This document shows positions 44,367 to 55,900 of a DNA stretch of 56,382 nucleotides, one piece after another. The position numbers and the translations under genes were made by a program. This stretch comes from a virus (Duplodnaviria > Caudoviricetes). Each line of letters starts with the position of its first letter. Position 1 is the first letter of the stretch. The notes below the pieces were generated by a model, which did no database searches, had not been told where the DNA came from, and worked only from the letters and a program-made list of their open reading frames with translations. Where the stretch lies: positions 1 to 56,382 of the IMG/VR virus record IMGVR_UViG_3300049454_000030. The stretch is one strand, 5' to 3'.

Positions 44367-46319
44367 ATGGCCTTCGGTAAGAACAAGGCACTGACAGCAG
44401 CCGTCATGGCGCCACAGGCTCGAAATTCACTTGTTGCTTCGGCTCTACGATTCCGTTTCGATGACTCAAGTTACAATTCATTTCGCTTTAGAGATGAATC
44501 ATGGCAAAGAGAGCTTTGGAGATTATTCCGCATTACTCCAGAGCTTCGATTCGCCGCCAGTTGGGTAGGACAGTGCTGTTCTCGGGTTCGAATCTATGTT
44601 GCTGATGTAGATAAGCTTGGCCGCGTTCAAGGCGAAGCCAAAGATCCCAAAATTCAGGCCTTGAGTGACACTCTACTTGGCGGACCGGCATCCAAGGCTG
44701 AACATCTTCGGATGATGGGCATTGACCTGACTGTCTCTGGCGAGTGTTACATTATCGGACAGCCTGGCAATGTGGAGTCGTACACCAAAGATCGCTGGTG
44801 GATTGTCACACCCACCGAATTCCGTCGCATCCGTGGCAGCAATGGGGACTGGGACTGGGCCTGGGGGCCTAAAGGAAATCCCATGCGTCTTGACCTTACT
44901 TCGAACATTGTCACCAGGATCTGGACACCTGATCCAGAGCGCGTGTGGTACGCCGATTCCCCAGCTCGATCTTGTCAGATGGTGCTTCGGGAATTGGAGC
45001 AGCTCACAAAGTATGTTGCTTCTCAGATCGATTCTCGTCTCGTTGGTGCCGGAATCCTGATCATTCCCAATGACCTGGATCTTCCTCAAGAAGAGAATGT
45101 CACCAATAACGCTGATTCACTGATGTATCGACTGGCCACTGCCGGTGCAGCCAGCCTTCGAGGTGAAGGTACTGCTTTAGCAGTCCTGCCACATATCATT
45201 GAGGCAGCCAATGCTGAAGGTTTCAAGCTCCTAGATTTCAGCAGTGAGCTGTCAAAACAGGCCATGGATTTGCGCAAAGAAGCCGTTGAACGCTTAGGCG
45301 TTGGCATGGATATGCCGCCAGAGATTCTCAATGGAACTGGCGATTCTAATCATTGGTCTGGGTATCTTATTGAAGGTCAAGGAATAAAGACCCACATCGA
45401 ACCGATTATGAATCGGATCTGCGACGCGCTCACTCAAGCATACCTAACTCCAGCCTTACAGGTTCTAGACAAAGATCCGAATCGCTACACCTACGCCTTT
45501 GACACTAACCCCCTGATCGTTCGCCCCCAACGCACTCAAGATGCCCTCAACCTTTGGGAAAAGGGCGCCATCAGCACTGAAGCATTGCGGGAAACCGCCT
45601 TCTTCCGAGATGTCGATAAGCCGTCCCCAGAAGAAGATGCCCGACGCCTGCTCATTGACATTGTCCTGCGTGATCCACAACTGATCCAGAACCAGGCTGT
45701 CCGCAAAGCTATCGGCATCACTGAGGAGATCCTTCCCCAGTTGTCCATGATCGCGCCAACCGCACAGAGCATCGGCCTGGGTCCTGGCGGCGGTAGTGGA
45801 CCACCACCACCACCGGTGCCTCCGACCGGCATCCAGTCGGAGCTGCCGCCGCCCATCCCAGACACTTTGGGCAATGTTGGCGCTCCCCCGACGCAACCCG
45901 GTGGACCCATCGGCCGTCCACCCAACCAGGGACCGCCGCCCACTGGGCTCACGGCGTCGGCGGCCAGCCTCCAGGAGATGGGCATTGTCGTCCTGGCCGA
46001 AGCCACCGTGCGCCGGGGTCTGGAACTGGCCGGCAAGCGACTTCTCGACGCCGGAAACAGGCATCGTTGGCCCGACGTCCCGGCCCATGAGTTGCATACC
46101 CGGATCAAGGTGGAGGACCAGGCCCGGGTGAATCGCCTGTTGGCTGGGGCCTGGACGCAACTGCCCGCCATGACCAAGTTTGTGGCTGATGATTTCGACA
46201 CGGACAAGTTGCAACGGTCCCTAGAAAAATACTGCTCGGTTATTCTTCTACGCGGCACGGCCCATGAACCTTCAAGTTTATTCAATGCCTTGAAGGCGGA
46301 TGGCGTCATCCATGCCTAG
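44367..46319 (+). CDS. portal protein
   Basis: WQRELW...ELRFA..W....SRVRIY, L.V.GE, RIWTPDP...ADSP, SRLVGAGIL, GMDMPPEIL.G...NHW; first large gene of the head module. Confidence 0.85.
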   Translation: MAFGKNKALTAAVMAPQARNSLVASALRFRFDDSSYNSFRFRDESWQRELWRLFRITPELRFAASWVGQCCSRVRIYVADVDKLGRVQGEAKDPKIQALSDTLLGGPASKAEHLRMMGIDLTVSGECYIIGQPGNVESYTKDRWWIVTPTEFRRIRGSNGDWDWAWGPKGNPMRLDLTSNIVTRIWTPDPERVWYADSPARSCQMVLRELEQLTKYVASQIDSRLVGAGILIIPNDLDLPQEENVTNNADSLMYRLATAGAASLRGEGTALAVLPHIIEAANAEGFKLLDFSSELSKQAMDLRKEAVERLGVGMDMPPEILNGTGDSNHWSGYLIEGQGIKTHIEPIMNRICDALTQAYLTPALQVLDKDPNRYTYAFDTNPLIVRPQRTQDALNLWEKGAISTEALRETAFFRDVDKPSPEEDARRLLIDIVLRDPQLIQNQAVRKAIGITEEILPQLSMIAPTAQSIGLGPGGGSGPPPPPVPPTGIQSELPPPIPDTLGNVGAPPTQPGGPIGRPPNQGPPPTGLTASAASLQEMGIVVLAEATVRRGLELAGKRLLDAGNRHRWPDVPAHELHTRIKVEDQARVNRLLAGAWTQLPAMTKFVADDFDTDKLQRSLEKYCSVILLRGTAHEPSSLFNALKADGVIHA

Positions 46320-47043
46320 CAACGAAGCCGAAGATTCCATCTACCGGGCAGCCAAAGAGGGTCTGCGGCGATGGCTGGGACGGGCGCGCGACGTGGTCAT
46401 GACGCCCTGGAAACAGTTCAAAGCCCAACCGAATCCGGGGGCAATCGCTTCCACGGTTCCACTGTGGCAGGCCCAGGTCGACCGGATTTTGGCCGCGTTG
46501 ACGCCGGCCCTGAAGGAGGGGTGGGCAGCCGCCCATCTTCCCGGTGACTATGACCCGACTGACCCCTACATCCAGGCAAATCTGGCCTTGACCTATAACC
46601 TTCTAGTCCGGGTTCCAGACGACGTGCACGCCAAAGTGGTCAAGGAGATCCTCGAAGGCACCAATGCCGGCGAGAGCACTGGTCAGATTGCCCAGCGAAT
46701 CGATAATGTTCTGACGTATACCGGGTCAGAAAACTGGGATGGACGGGCGCGTCTGATTAGCCGTACCGAGGGGGCTCGCCACTTCAACAGCTCTCAATTG
46801 GCTCATGCACTTCTCCAGGAGAAGAATGGTGCAGTCGGCATGACAAAACAGTGGGACACAGTCATGGATGGCAAGGAGCGGCTCGCGCATCAAGTTGCGA
46901 ACAATCAGGTCCAACCGATCAACCAACCATTTATAGTAGATGGCGAGCAGTTAATGTTCCCCCTGGACCCGGTTGGCTCCCCGGAGAATGTAATTTCTTG
47001 TCGTTGTTCGATGAACTTCGATAGAGTGCGGGAGGCGCTGTAA
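46312..47043 (+). CDS. MuF-like head morphogenesis protein
   Basis: RARLISRTE, KQW.T..DG.ER.AH...Q...PF.V.GE.L.FP.DP...ENVI.CRC. Confidence 0.9.
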   Translation: MPSNEAEDSIYRAAKEGLRRWLGRARDVVMTPWKQFKAQPNPGAIASTVPLWQAQVDRILAALTPALKEGWAAAHLPGDYDPTDPYIQANLALTYNLLVRVPDDVHAKVVKEILEGTNAGESTGQIAQRIDNVLTYTGSENWDGRARLISRTEGARHFNSSQLAHALLQEKNGAVGMTKQWDTVMDGKERLAHQVANNQVQPINQPFIVDGEQLMFPLDPVGSPENVISCRCSMNFDRVREAL

Positions 47044-49943
47044 TGGCCGTAAGGTTCAAGGGCCTTCTGGCCCCTACGGAGGTTCCTACCGGCGACGGTA
47101 GGATGTTCGCGGATGGCAAGTTAACCAGCCGGCCGATGCCCCTGCCTCTGATGGTCCGGTTCGGCTCCGGCGGCCACGACGGTGCCACAGTCGTGGGCAA
47201 GGTGAACCGGATCTTCCCCGGCCCAGGCGGTTACTGGGGTGAAGGTGAGTTCCTGGACCCGGCCATGGTGCCCGAGGTCCCGAAGGCCATCTACATGCTC
47301 AACGAGCACGTCATGGGACCCTCGGTCGACCTGGACCGGGACTTCACGGTAGAGGCCATCAAGCATCCATTACGCCCCGACAAGAAGGCTGGACTCTTCA
47401 AAGAGTACAACGTCATCGGCGTGACCTTGGTCCCGATGCCCGCCTTCCATCAGGTGCACATGAGCGTGGACTCCGACGAAGACAAGGCCCTGGTGGCTTC
47501 AGTCATGCCAGATCTGGACATGTCCAGTTGGGTCATGTTCGACGTCAACGGGGACTCGTGGAAGTCCTGGCCGATTGCCCCACGCGACTACCGCTTTGAC
47601 GCAGATGATGCGGTCAAGCGGATCGCCCTTTGGTCCGGTATCGGATCCGAGAAGCCAAACCTCGGTGCCTATGCTTCTGCGTTCCTATGGCGCAATGGGA
47701 ACCAGACTGGTGACTCTCTGGCCCAGGACTCGTTCCGTCTGCCGCTGGCGGACGTCATCAACGGCCAACTCTACTTGATCTATCACGCGGCCTATGCGGC
47801 AGCTGCCCTCTTATCCGGCGCCCATGGCGGTTTGCCGAACATCCCGGATCAGGACAAGTCAGCCATGATCCCAGTCCTGTCCGAAATCTACGCTGCCCTG
47901 GGTCAGGCCTTCAATGATCCGAATCTGGTGTCACCTTTTGAACAGGATGTTCGTCGACAGCAGGCAGCTATCGATAATGCGGAAGACTGCGGCTGTGATG
48001 GGCAGTTCAATGCCTACGGTGGCGAACACAACGGGGCAATGATCGCGCTGAAGCCTAGGAAGGCGGATGCGGTCCGACTAGCCGCCATTGGCGATGAAGA
48101 TGTGGACGAACTTCATTGCACGCTGTATTACCTTGGCGACGCCGACGAGTTCGACGAATCGAAGCGTGAGTCTGTCATCAGGGCTGTTAGGCATGCCTTC
48201 ACGGACATCTCCCCCGTTCGGGCGGACGGGTTCTCGGTCAACGTTTTCAATCCTCTTGGCGCGCAGCAGTCTGATGGCAAGGATCGGGATACCTGCATCG
48301 TCCTGGGTATCTCCGGACCAGCCATTGCCGAGGCGAAGAGAGCGGCAGATCTGGCCGTTGGGCTCACTGATGCTGACCATGAGGACCAGCATGAACCCTA
48401 CGTTGCCCATGTGACGCTGGCTTATACCAACGACTTGTCAAAGATCCCAGATCTTACTAGAGCCGCTGGTCCGATCACCTTTGACCGGGTGTGCGTGGCG
48501 TTCGGCGGTGAAGTCATTGAGATTCCACTCAAGGGCGCTCCTGAGTCCGAATACGCCGCTGTCCCCATGCCACCAGCTGACGTGGTCAAGAGTATGGACG
48601 AGGAGGATGAAGCCTATGGTCCCGACGGCGAACATGTCCTTGTCAATGGCATCTGTCAGATGTGTGGTTACTCAATGCAGGAAGGTGCAGAACCCGTGTC
48701 CAACGTGAATATCTATGTGGGGGATGGGGTGCCCATCTCCACAATCAACAGCTCCAACGCGACTGATTACGCTGCAGCGAAAAAGCAGCCATACGGCGAC
48801 GTCAAGTACGCAGATTCCGGAATGCAGGCGGATGGCGTCAAGCGTTATCCACTTGATTCGGAGGAGCATTGCCGCGCGGCTTGGGCATACATCAATATGC
48901 CTAAGAACGCAGCTAAGTACACCCCGGAACAATTGAAAATCGTCAAGGACAACATCAGGGAAGCCCTCAAGAAGTATGGGGTGCAGGTTGCGAAAGACTC
49001 CGGTCAAATGGGCGTTGATAATCTTTCGCCATCAGACGATGCCGCATCGCTGCTTGCCTCGGTTGCGCCCTTGGCACCACCGGCCATTTGGTTCTCGAAC
49101 CCTGCATTGCCGGGGCCGACGCCCCTGACCATTGACGATAGTGGCCACGTTTTTGGCCACCTGGCTCAATGGAAGGTGTGCCACGTTGGTATCGGCAGGT
49201 CCTGCGTCATGGCCCCGAAGACCCGAACCAATTACCAGCTGTTCCGGGTGGGGACCGTTCAGGCCGATGACGGATCCTCGGTTCCCATTGGCAAGATCAC
49301 ATTGGGCACCGGCCATGCCGACGCTCATTGGGGCATTGTTCCTAGCCGCGAACACTACGACAATACCGGTTGGGCGGCAGCTGTCGTCAATGTCGGTGAG
49401 GATAAGTTTGGCATCTGGGTCAATGGGTCTTTGACCACGACCATGACCCCGGAACGCATCGCCGAGCTTCGTGCCGCCTCATTGTCCGGCGACTGGCGCG
49501 AGGTCAACGGAAACCTGGAACTGATCGCGGCACTGGCCGTCAACAGTCCCGGCTTCCCCATCTATCGAGAACAGAATGGCCGCTCCTTCAGCCTCCAGGC
49601 AGTTGGCGTCATCGGCCAGGAGGAGGAGTACGTGGACGAGGAACACCGGCACAGCACCGAGTTCGCCAACCAGGAAGAAGTCGACGGCGAAGTTGTCGGA
49701 GACGAGGAGATCGCCGACGAGGACCTGGTCCTGTCCGCTGCCGCCGAGCGCCTTGCCTCTATTGACGAGGAGTGGGACGAGTTCAACCAGGACCGTCGCG
49801 CTTCTCAACTGGCCGTAATCGACGAGGAACGTGCTGCGTTGGCCGAGTCTAAGATTCCGGCTGGCGCGCATGCGGCCACGAACCTGGACGATGAGATCTT
49901 CGTTCAGTACAACGCACGCTTCCAGGCGCTACAGCAGGAGTAA
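47043..49943 (+). CDS. capsid maturation protease / multidomain head protein with inserted 2H phosphoesterase
   Basis: N-terminal TGDGR, GGHDGA.VVG, GVTLVPMPAF; HCTL/HVTL pair; PYGDVKYAD...RYPLD domain; C-terminal GHLA.W.CH...SGDWR...LAVNSPGFP. Confidence 0.85.
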   Translation: MAVRFKGLLAPTEVPTGDGRMFADGKLTSRPMPLPLMVRFGSGGHDGATVVGKVNRIFPGPGGYWGEGEFLDPAMVPEVPKAIYMLNEHVMGPSVDLDRDFTVEAIKHPLRPDKKAGLFKEYNVIGVTLVPMPAFHQVHMSVDSDEDKALVASVMPDLDMSSWVMFDVNGDSWKSWPIAPRDYRFDADDAVKRIALWSGIGSEKPNLGAYASAFLWRNGNQTGDSLAQDSFRLPLADVINGQLYLIYHAAYAAAALLSGAHGGLPNIPDQDKSAMIPVLSEIYAALGQAFNDPNLVSPFEQDVRRQQAAIDNAEDCGCDGQFNAYGGEHNGAMIALKPRKADAVRLAAIGDEDVDELHCTLYYLGDADEFDESKRESVIRAVRHAFTDISPVRADGFSVNVFNPLGAQQSDGKDRDTCIVLGISGPAIAEAKRAADLAVGLTDADHEDQHEPYVAHVTLAYTNDLSKIPDLTRAAGPITFDRVCVAFGGEVIEIPLKGAPESEYAAVPMPPADVVKSMDEEDEAYGPDGEHVLVNGICQMCGYSMQEGAEPVSNVNIYVGDGVPISTINSSNATDYAAAKKQPYGDVKYADSGMQADGVKRYPLDSEEHCRAAWAYINMPKNAAKYTPEQLKIVKDNIREALKKYGVQVAKDSGQMGVDNLSPSDDAASLLASVAPLAPPAIWFSNPALPGPTPLTIDDSGHVFGHLAQWKVCHVGIGRSCVMAPKTRTNYQLFRVGTVQADDGSSVPIGKITLGTGHADAHWGIVPSREHYDNTGWAAAVVNVGEDKFGIWVNGSLTTTMTPERIAELRAASLSGDWREVNGNLELIAALAVNSPGFPIYREQNGRSFSLQAVGVIGQEEEYVDEEHRHSTEFANQEEVDGEVVGDEEIADEDLVLSAAAERLASIDEEWDEFNQDRRASQLAVIDEERAALAESKIPAGAHAATNLDDEIFVQYNARFQALQQE

Positions 49944-49952
49944 GGGACTTTG

Positions 49953-52900
49953 GTGGCGATCGACCTTAGTGCGTGGAAGCCGGACCTGCACCCTCGTGAC
50001 TCAAAGGGACGGTTCCGTGATAAATGGTCCCTGGGACCTAAGGCTAGGGCCTTTGTAGACAAGGTCCTAGCCAGCTTCAGCCCGCGTACCTTCAAGGACG
50101 ATGCCGCAGTCTCCACGCATCTGGACTCTATCAAGAAGCCTCGTAGCAAAAAGCAGCAAGACGCAATTGACCTTTTCTACACCCGTGACGGTAACGAAAA
50201 TATCCAGTCGACACTGCGTGCGAATGATGATGACACTCCCGTTATTCGTGAACTACGTAGCTCATTTCAGCCCGCTCCGGACGACATGATCATAAGTCGG
50301 GTCTTTGGACCCGACGCCTTTGGTCTACCGCCAGAACGTATCGGTGAAGTTGAAGAGTGGACTCAGCAAAAGGTCCTGGACGGAGGATTTTTCCCTGGCA
50401 ATGTCGGTACACCGCATGCCGTTGCTGGCCCACATATCGAAGCCAGGATTCTCATACCCAAGGGCACACCGATCCTGGTTCGAGGTGGCGGCACCCGTGA
50501 TGTGGCCCTGGACCCCGACCAGCCAGTCCAGTTAGGCAAGTTCACTAGCGACGGTCGGGGCGGTTTCTATACCACAGGGGTAGTGACTCCCAAAAGTGGC
50601 ACAGGTACGCCGCCACGGGCACTGGGTCGTGAGCTTCGACCACAGGACAAGTCGCCAGCTATTGAGCCAACGCCCGATGAACTTGCCCGTCGTGGCCTGA
50701 ACGCGGAGGGTAATCCGCTACCTGAAGGCGGGCAGGCCCCAGGCGCCGCACCGGAGACCCAAGCTCCAGCGGCACCACCCATTGCACCTGAGGTGGGTGC
50801 TCCTGCAGCACCTGCAGGTCCAGTCAAGACTGCCGGTCAACAGCTCCAAGAGGCCGGCGCCGAAGTTCCTGTCGGTGCCGGCAAGGTGGTTGGCCCCGAC
50901 GTTGAGGTAGCACCTCGGGGCAAGATCGAACCTCGCAAGTCGATTCAGGTCATGCCCGAAGAAAAGGCTCGCCAGGCAGAAGTTGACCGTCGCGAGAAGC
51001 GTATCGCCGAGGCTGAAAAGCAGCTTGAGGCTCGTCAACAGCGGCTGGAAACACTACGAGCTGAAACTGACAAGCGTCAAGCGGACGTCAGCGTTCAACA
51101 GTCCCGGCAGATTGAGCAACAACAACAGCTCATTGACCGGCTGATGCGAATGACCCCGGCGCAGCGACGGGAAGAGATTGGTCGCCAGCAAGAGGAAGCT
51201 ATCCGCCGGGACACTCGGGCTGTTGGTGGTCGCAGGCCCCGTGAAGGGCGACTGCTTCAGAATCCGGAGCCGCCAGCCACGACGCCAGAAGAAGAAGTCG
51301 CTGCCGCCAGAGCCCAGGAGGCCGCACTTAAGGAGAGGACTCCAGAAGCCGCCAAGAAAGCGGCCAAGGCGGCTCGTGAGCGTGTCATTGCTCAAGAGAG
51401 CCAACCAGCTGGGTCCATGGAACGAGCCCGTGTCGAACGGGAACGTGTCGCCGGTGAACGGCAAGCTGCCACGCGCCGTGAAGATGTCGCCAACTTCCGT
51501 GACCAAAACCAGGACCAGTTGCTTCCACGGCAACGGCGCCAGGTCGGCAACCTCAATGAGGCAGACTCCGACACATACTGGACCCGTCGATCAGAGGGCC
51601 AGCCCCATGCTCGTGCCATCAAGGGCCTTGACTACCTGACCACGGGACGCACGGGCCCCTTGGCGGGTGACCGTGGCGCTGGACGCGTCACGCCAGAACA
51701 GCGCCGGGATGTCGACAATCTGGATGCAAACGCGCTGGAGATTTACCGGGCTCGCCGGGCCGAGGGTGCCGATCACCGGATCGCGCTCCGGGAAGCTCAC
51801 CAGTCCCAGCTTCCCAGCACCCGAACCACGGCAAAGAGGGCCCCACGTAAGGTCGCCGTAGGTCCCAACGGCGAAGAGCTTGTGGGTGGTATCGCCATTC
51901 CACGGGCTACGGAACGTCGCCACAAGCAGCCACGCGAAGACGTCATGGCGCACATCGCCAGTCTTGACAAGGAGCAGAAGTCCAGGCTCAAGAAGAATCT
52001 GGACAAGATGCGGGGCGCGAAGAGCGAAGAGGACCTGGTCCGTTCGCTGAAGAAGATCGATGAGGACGACCTCTTTGACTTGACCAACTCAGCTGGTGTC
52101 GCGAACAGTGAGCCGGGCGTGGATGCCCAGGACAAGAACGATTACATTGGTCGCCTGGTCCGGATCTGGCAGGACAAGATCAAGGGCAAGTCTCCTGCGA
52201 CCCGTGGCCAGGAACAGTCACGCCTCACTCGGCCGGCGCGAACAGGCCCGAGCATCCCCGAGCGGGGAGGCTCAACCGGGGCCAGAGCCTTTATGCGACG
52301 AGAGGAGGGCAACCTCAGTCCTGAGCAATCAGCTGAACTGAATGCCCTGTCGTCAACGGAGCGGGTGGATTACTGGGCACGTAGGGCCGACGGCGCCAGT
52401 CACGCGGAGGCAATGCCTTCTGCCACGAAGGCCAAGACGTTCATCGGGAACGTGCCATCGACGCATGGCAACGCTAACCCACAGCCGGAACCAGCCAAGG
52501 CGGCCAAGAAAGTTACGCCAACGGTCCCGGTCAAGAAAACGGCACCTGTTCGCGAACGCCCACCAACACTAACGTCTCTACGGACGCAAGCCAGGGAGCA
52601 GAAGGTCCCTGGCTACTCACGTATGGACAGGGGTCAGCTACAGAGCGCCTTGGATGCTAGGAAGCGGCGCGAAGGCGAAACGACTGAGGCGCATGTAGCC
52701 CGGGTTGCGGAACTGAATGCACCTCGCAAGGTCACCAAGAAGGCTGCGCCTGCCGCCAAAGCCGTATCAACCGAAAAACTGGCGCCGACGAAAGCGGTTA
52801 CAACCGCCCAGAAGGTGGCTGGGTCCAGAAAGTCTCGTGTTGAGGCGCCTGAGAATTATGACCGGTTCCCAGTGCCGGACAGCAAGGCATCCTGGGGCAC

Positions 52901-55900
52901 AAAGTTCCCTGGCTACAAGGCAAACAAGTTCACGGCCGACGTCGTTAAGGAGAACGACGAAACATTACGTCCTCCAGGCAATACGGACCCGACCAGGTAT
53001 TGGGCTGATCCACCAAACGTCAAAGACGTCAAGCGACCATTCCGCAGCTATGAAGGCCCAGTTAAGCTAGACGGCCAGGGGCGTCCACAGAACCCGTACA
53101 CCCGTACTGGCGTTCAGGATCGCGGTGAGCTGGGCAAGTGGGGAGCCAACTTCGCTGGCGATTCGATCGTTACACGAGTAGACCCTGACACTGGCCGCCT
53201 GCAAATGCTGACCATCCGTCGCAAAGATGGTCAGCCCGCAATTCCTGGCGGGATGGTCGACTTCAATGAAGATATCTGGAAGACGCGTCGCCGGGAGCTG
53301 AAAGAAGAAACCGGCGTCGATCTCGACATGGCCGACTCAAGGGAAGTTTACAAAGGTTATGTCGATGATCCACGCAACACTGACAACGCATGGATGGAAA
53401 CATCCGTTGGCCATAAGCACCTGACCCCTGAGCAGGCCGCTGCCACTGGCAAATTTAAGCCAGAAAGCAACGAGGAGATCAAGGGCGTCTACTGGGCTGA
53501 CGTTGACCCAGAAATGATAGATGGCCTGTTCGCCAGCCACGGTGACTTCGTCGCGATGATGGCCGAACAGATGCTTTCCGACAAAAGTTTGTCACCTGCC
53601 GAGCGTCGACGTCTTCGAGGAACACTGGAAACTCGGGCGACCAAGAAGGCTGTTGCCCCAAAGAAGAAGGTCCTACCAAAAGCTGCCGTTAAGGCACTGC
53701 CGGACCAACCGGAACGGCCGCTGGCGCCGAAGAAGGTCGGCAAGGCCGCCGTCCCAGCCAAGAAGGTGTCCGAGCGTGGGCAACGGATCCGGGACCTACG
53801 CGAGCGGGCACGGGCTGACCTCCGGGAGCAAGGATTCGACAATCCCTCCCAGGAGATGCTCGACGAGCACATGGCGGCATTGGCTCGCAATGACCATCAG
53901 ACAAGGGATCGACTACGGACAGGTGGCGTCGACCGCCATACAGTAAAGAAGACAGCTCCCGTCGCCAAGAAAGCTGCCCCGGCCGTAGGCCATGACATCT
54001 TGGACGAAAAGGATGTCGGTTCCACGATCGCCAGGAACAACGTCAAGGATGCTCGCCGGGACCTAGCTCGTGGTGATTCTCTCGCCGATGTTGCTGACAC
54101 TCTGCGCGGACAGGCAGACAGCCTCCGCGACGGTGATCCGCTTACTGAGTCAGACATGCCGGATCGAATTCACCACAGCGACGAGGACCTTCGTGACATT
54201 GCCCTAGCTGACGCCCGCAACCTGCACAGGATGGCCGACGAGCTGGAGAAGGTTGCAGCCAAGAAGGCTGCGCCAGCCAAGAAGGTCACCAAGAAAGCCA
54301 CGCCGACCAAGGCTCAGCTAGAACGGTCCGCGATTCCAGACGCTGACGCGCAGGAAATGCTCCGTAAGGCGAAGACGGTCGCCGACCTCAATGAGATTGC
54401 CAAGCACTACGGTGTCCGGATCCCATCGACTGCTGGCCGGCGCGAAGAGCGTCGGAACTTCCTGATTAGTCAGCTGCTACGGCGCCGAGGCGAAAGTCCT
54501 GCCGAGTACCGGGACCGAATCGAAGGTCTCAAGGAAACGCGACCGGCCAGGGTGTCGCCGGCCAAGCGGATAGTGCGCGGAGCCAAGGCTCCCGAGGCCC
54601 GGCCAATGCGAGCAGAGGCTTTGACGACGGGACCGGAGCCAGATGCCCGAGTCAGACCCAACGGCAAGATTCCGTTGAGCAAGCTCCGCAAGGGTGACAA
54701 GGTTCTGGTTGAGAAGGACCGCAATGGTCGATGGGTGCCAGCGACCCGTAAAACAGGAGCCACCACAGTCACGGTTGACCGGGTGTACGGTATCCAGGAG
54801 AACGGTGGATTCCGGCGCACTACAACCCGTAAAGCGCTTAGCGGTCACGATAACAATGGCAACGAGATCAACGTTGGCACTGAGGCAATCGTCGGTGGCC
54901 AAATTAAGGGCTATCCAGGTCACCAGACATTCATATTTGTGCCAGAAGGAAAGGCTCCAGCGAAGAAGACAGCGGCTGCCGCAAAGAAGGCGACGCCTGC
55001 AGTCAAGAAGGCCGCCGTCGCAAAGAAGACAGCCCCATTCGCAGTGGGTGAGCCGGTCAACGCACAGGACCGTGGTCGCCTTGATGCCGTTGACGCTGCC
55101 ACCGCTCGCAAGAAGGTGGAAGCTAGGGCACAGGAGCTGTTTGGTCCGGAGCGTACCCGAGGTCAGGCCTGGAAGCAGGCTCTGGACGAACACGAGACCA
55201 GTCAGGTTGCACAACGACTACGAGCAGTGAAGACAGAGGAAGAAGCAATCACGCTTCTTGCCGGCGATAAGACACTAACTGCGTACAAGCTGAAGAAGAT
55301 TGCCGACGAACTGGGCATCGATGTTCCGGAAAGTGTCAAGGCTAAGACCTCGCTCCAGCTGCATATCGCTGAGAAGGTAGCACCAGCCAAGAAGACGGCT
55401 CCTAGCCTCTCCTCGCTAAGGAAAGAGGCAAAGGATCTAAGGGTTCCGGATCACACAGTCAAGACCCGCGCGGAGCTTGAAAGAGATATTCCACAGCGGC
55501 GCATCTGGAACGAGCTGAGTGGTGAACCGAACAAGCAACATGAAATCTTAAGACTTGAGGGTGACCAAAGAGAACGCTACTACGACCAGAGACTGGCCGG
55601 AGAATCTCACGAGGCGGCTGTCTCCAGCGCAAAGGAAATTCCAACAGGTCTAGCTCCCACTAAAACAGGCCGAAGAACGGACCAGATAGCTGCACGTAAG
55701 CGTCTTAGCGAAGAACGAGCGGCCGAGAAGCTAGCCACCAAGAAGGCTACCCCCAATACCCGTAGGCTTCGGGATCAATTTGACAAAACGTTAGTTGAAG
55801 GCGTCAAGGAAGAAGTCGTCAAGCAGGTCGAAGAAGATCACGCTGGCGAAACACCGACACAGCGCGCTGCCCGTGTTAAAAAGCGTCTAGCTGAAATCGA

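Noticed and set aside
50101-55230. Many Arg-rich short ORFs in the supplied track
   Set aside because: They are off-frame shadows of the single giant ORF starting at 49953
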